A DNA stretch of 63,977 bases, counting the filler, from Octopus bimaculoides (Eukaryota), in assembly GCF_001194135.2 (NCBI RefSeq). It is 4 parts of 3 records of this genome, joined end to end, with 100 filler letters (N's around TTAATTAATTAA, not from the genome) between each part and the next. Parts side by side here need not be neighbours in the genome. Positions count along the whole stretch, not along the records: positions 61,031 to 63,977 come from NC_068991.1; 3 more parts are not named here. One strand, given 5' to 3'. Of this stretch, positions 63,247 through 63,977 are shown piece after piece. Position numbers and translations under genes: made by a program. Each line of letters starts with the position of its first letter. Positions within the stretch are counted from its first letter, which is position 1. Under the pieces are notes generated by a model that saw nothing but the letters and a program-made list of their open reading frames with translations, was not told the DNA's origin and ran no database searches.

Positions 63247-63977
63247 GTATGTATGTATGCATAGAAACAAGTATCAGTATAAACATCTGTATGTATAATT
63301 AGATTTACATAGAAAACTTTACTCGTAACAGTGACGAGAAACATACACATATATATGCGTGTGTTTGTGTAGATGGCAAACATACACGCACACACCGGAT
63401 TAAAGGCGCGCATTCACGCGTAAAAAGACGTGTTGTTATATGTGCGTGTTTTTGTTTTCCTTGAGTTATTTTTAAATAAGCGAGTCTACCGCTTCAGACC
63501 CCTAAAACATAACGTGTTCAGCCCTTCTTTAACACTTGGCTTCCGCTTTCTTTTGCCTTAAAACAACACCAACAAAACTGGTTCTTTCTATTAAGAATTG
63601 CACGCGTGCGCTCGCAACTAGATCTGTACGTATGAGTGTGTGTCTGGTGAGTACGCGAGAGTGAGTGTGTGTACGCATATAACTACACATAAACATGCAC
63701 GCACACGCGCAAATACACACATACACACACACACACTGACGTATGTGTGTGCGGTGTTTGTATACGCTATGCTTCTGCATACAATCATTTTCTTTCAAAT
63801 TTCACTGACATGCTACAAATAGATTCACGGGTATTGAATATAATATATATATATAAATATATATATAAGTCCTGGGATCGATTTGCTCGACTAAAGGCGG
63901 TGCTCCAGCATGGGCGCAGTCAAATCAATGAAACAAGTAAAAGAGAAAGAGAAAGATATATATATATATATATATAT

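Overview
AT-rich, microsatellite- and SINE-dense animal genomic DNA. The repeat families and gene structure point to an octopod cephalopod (Octopus sp.; inference). About 4 kb is N. Three identical artificial joins (44 N + TTAATTAATTAA + 44 N, at 14668-14767, 31325-31424 and 60931-61030) split the window into four originally separate scaffolds. The second scaffold holds a complete 10-exon + strand RCC1-repeat gene, SERGEF/DelGEF (ATG 16905, stop 29620, 1155 nt, 384 aa; I walked all splice phases by hand). It also holds the last two exons of VPS18 on the - strand, tail-to-tail with only 336 bp between the stop codons; the rest of VPS18 is not visible. The remainder is repeats: at least three tRNA-derived SINE families, a decayed DD37D (maT) transposase, decayed R4/Dong-like and Penelope-like retroelements, a young L1/Tx1-type RT fragment abutting a (CTAT)n tract, a 5S rRNA-derived fragment, hairpin elements and many microsatellites. 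Almost every ORF in the supplied track is microsatellite-, gap- or SINE-derived. The most notable observations are: an apparently intact minimal type I hammerhead ribozyme motif at 15281-15325 upstream of SERGEF; a fossil hammerhead locked in an inverted repeat in SERGEF intron 4; possible microsatellite targeting by the Tx1-like element; probable SERGEF/VPS18 3' UTR overlap; and CpG-decay domains that switch at the scaffold joins. Repeat coordinates are approximate; exon coordinates were counted base by base.
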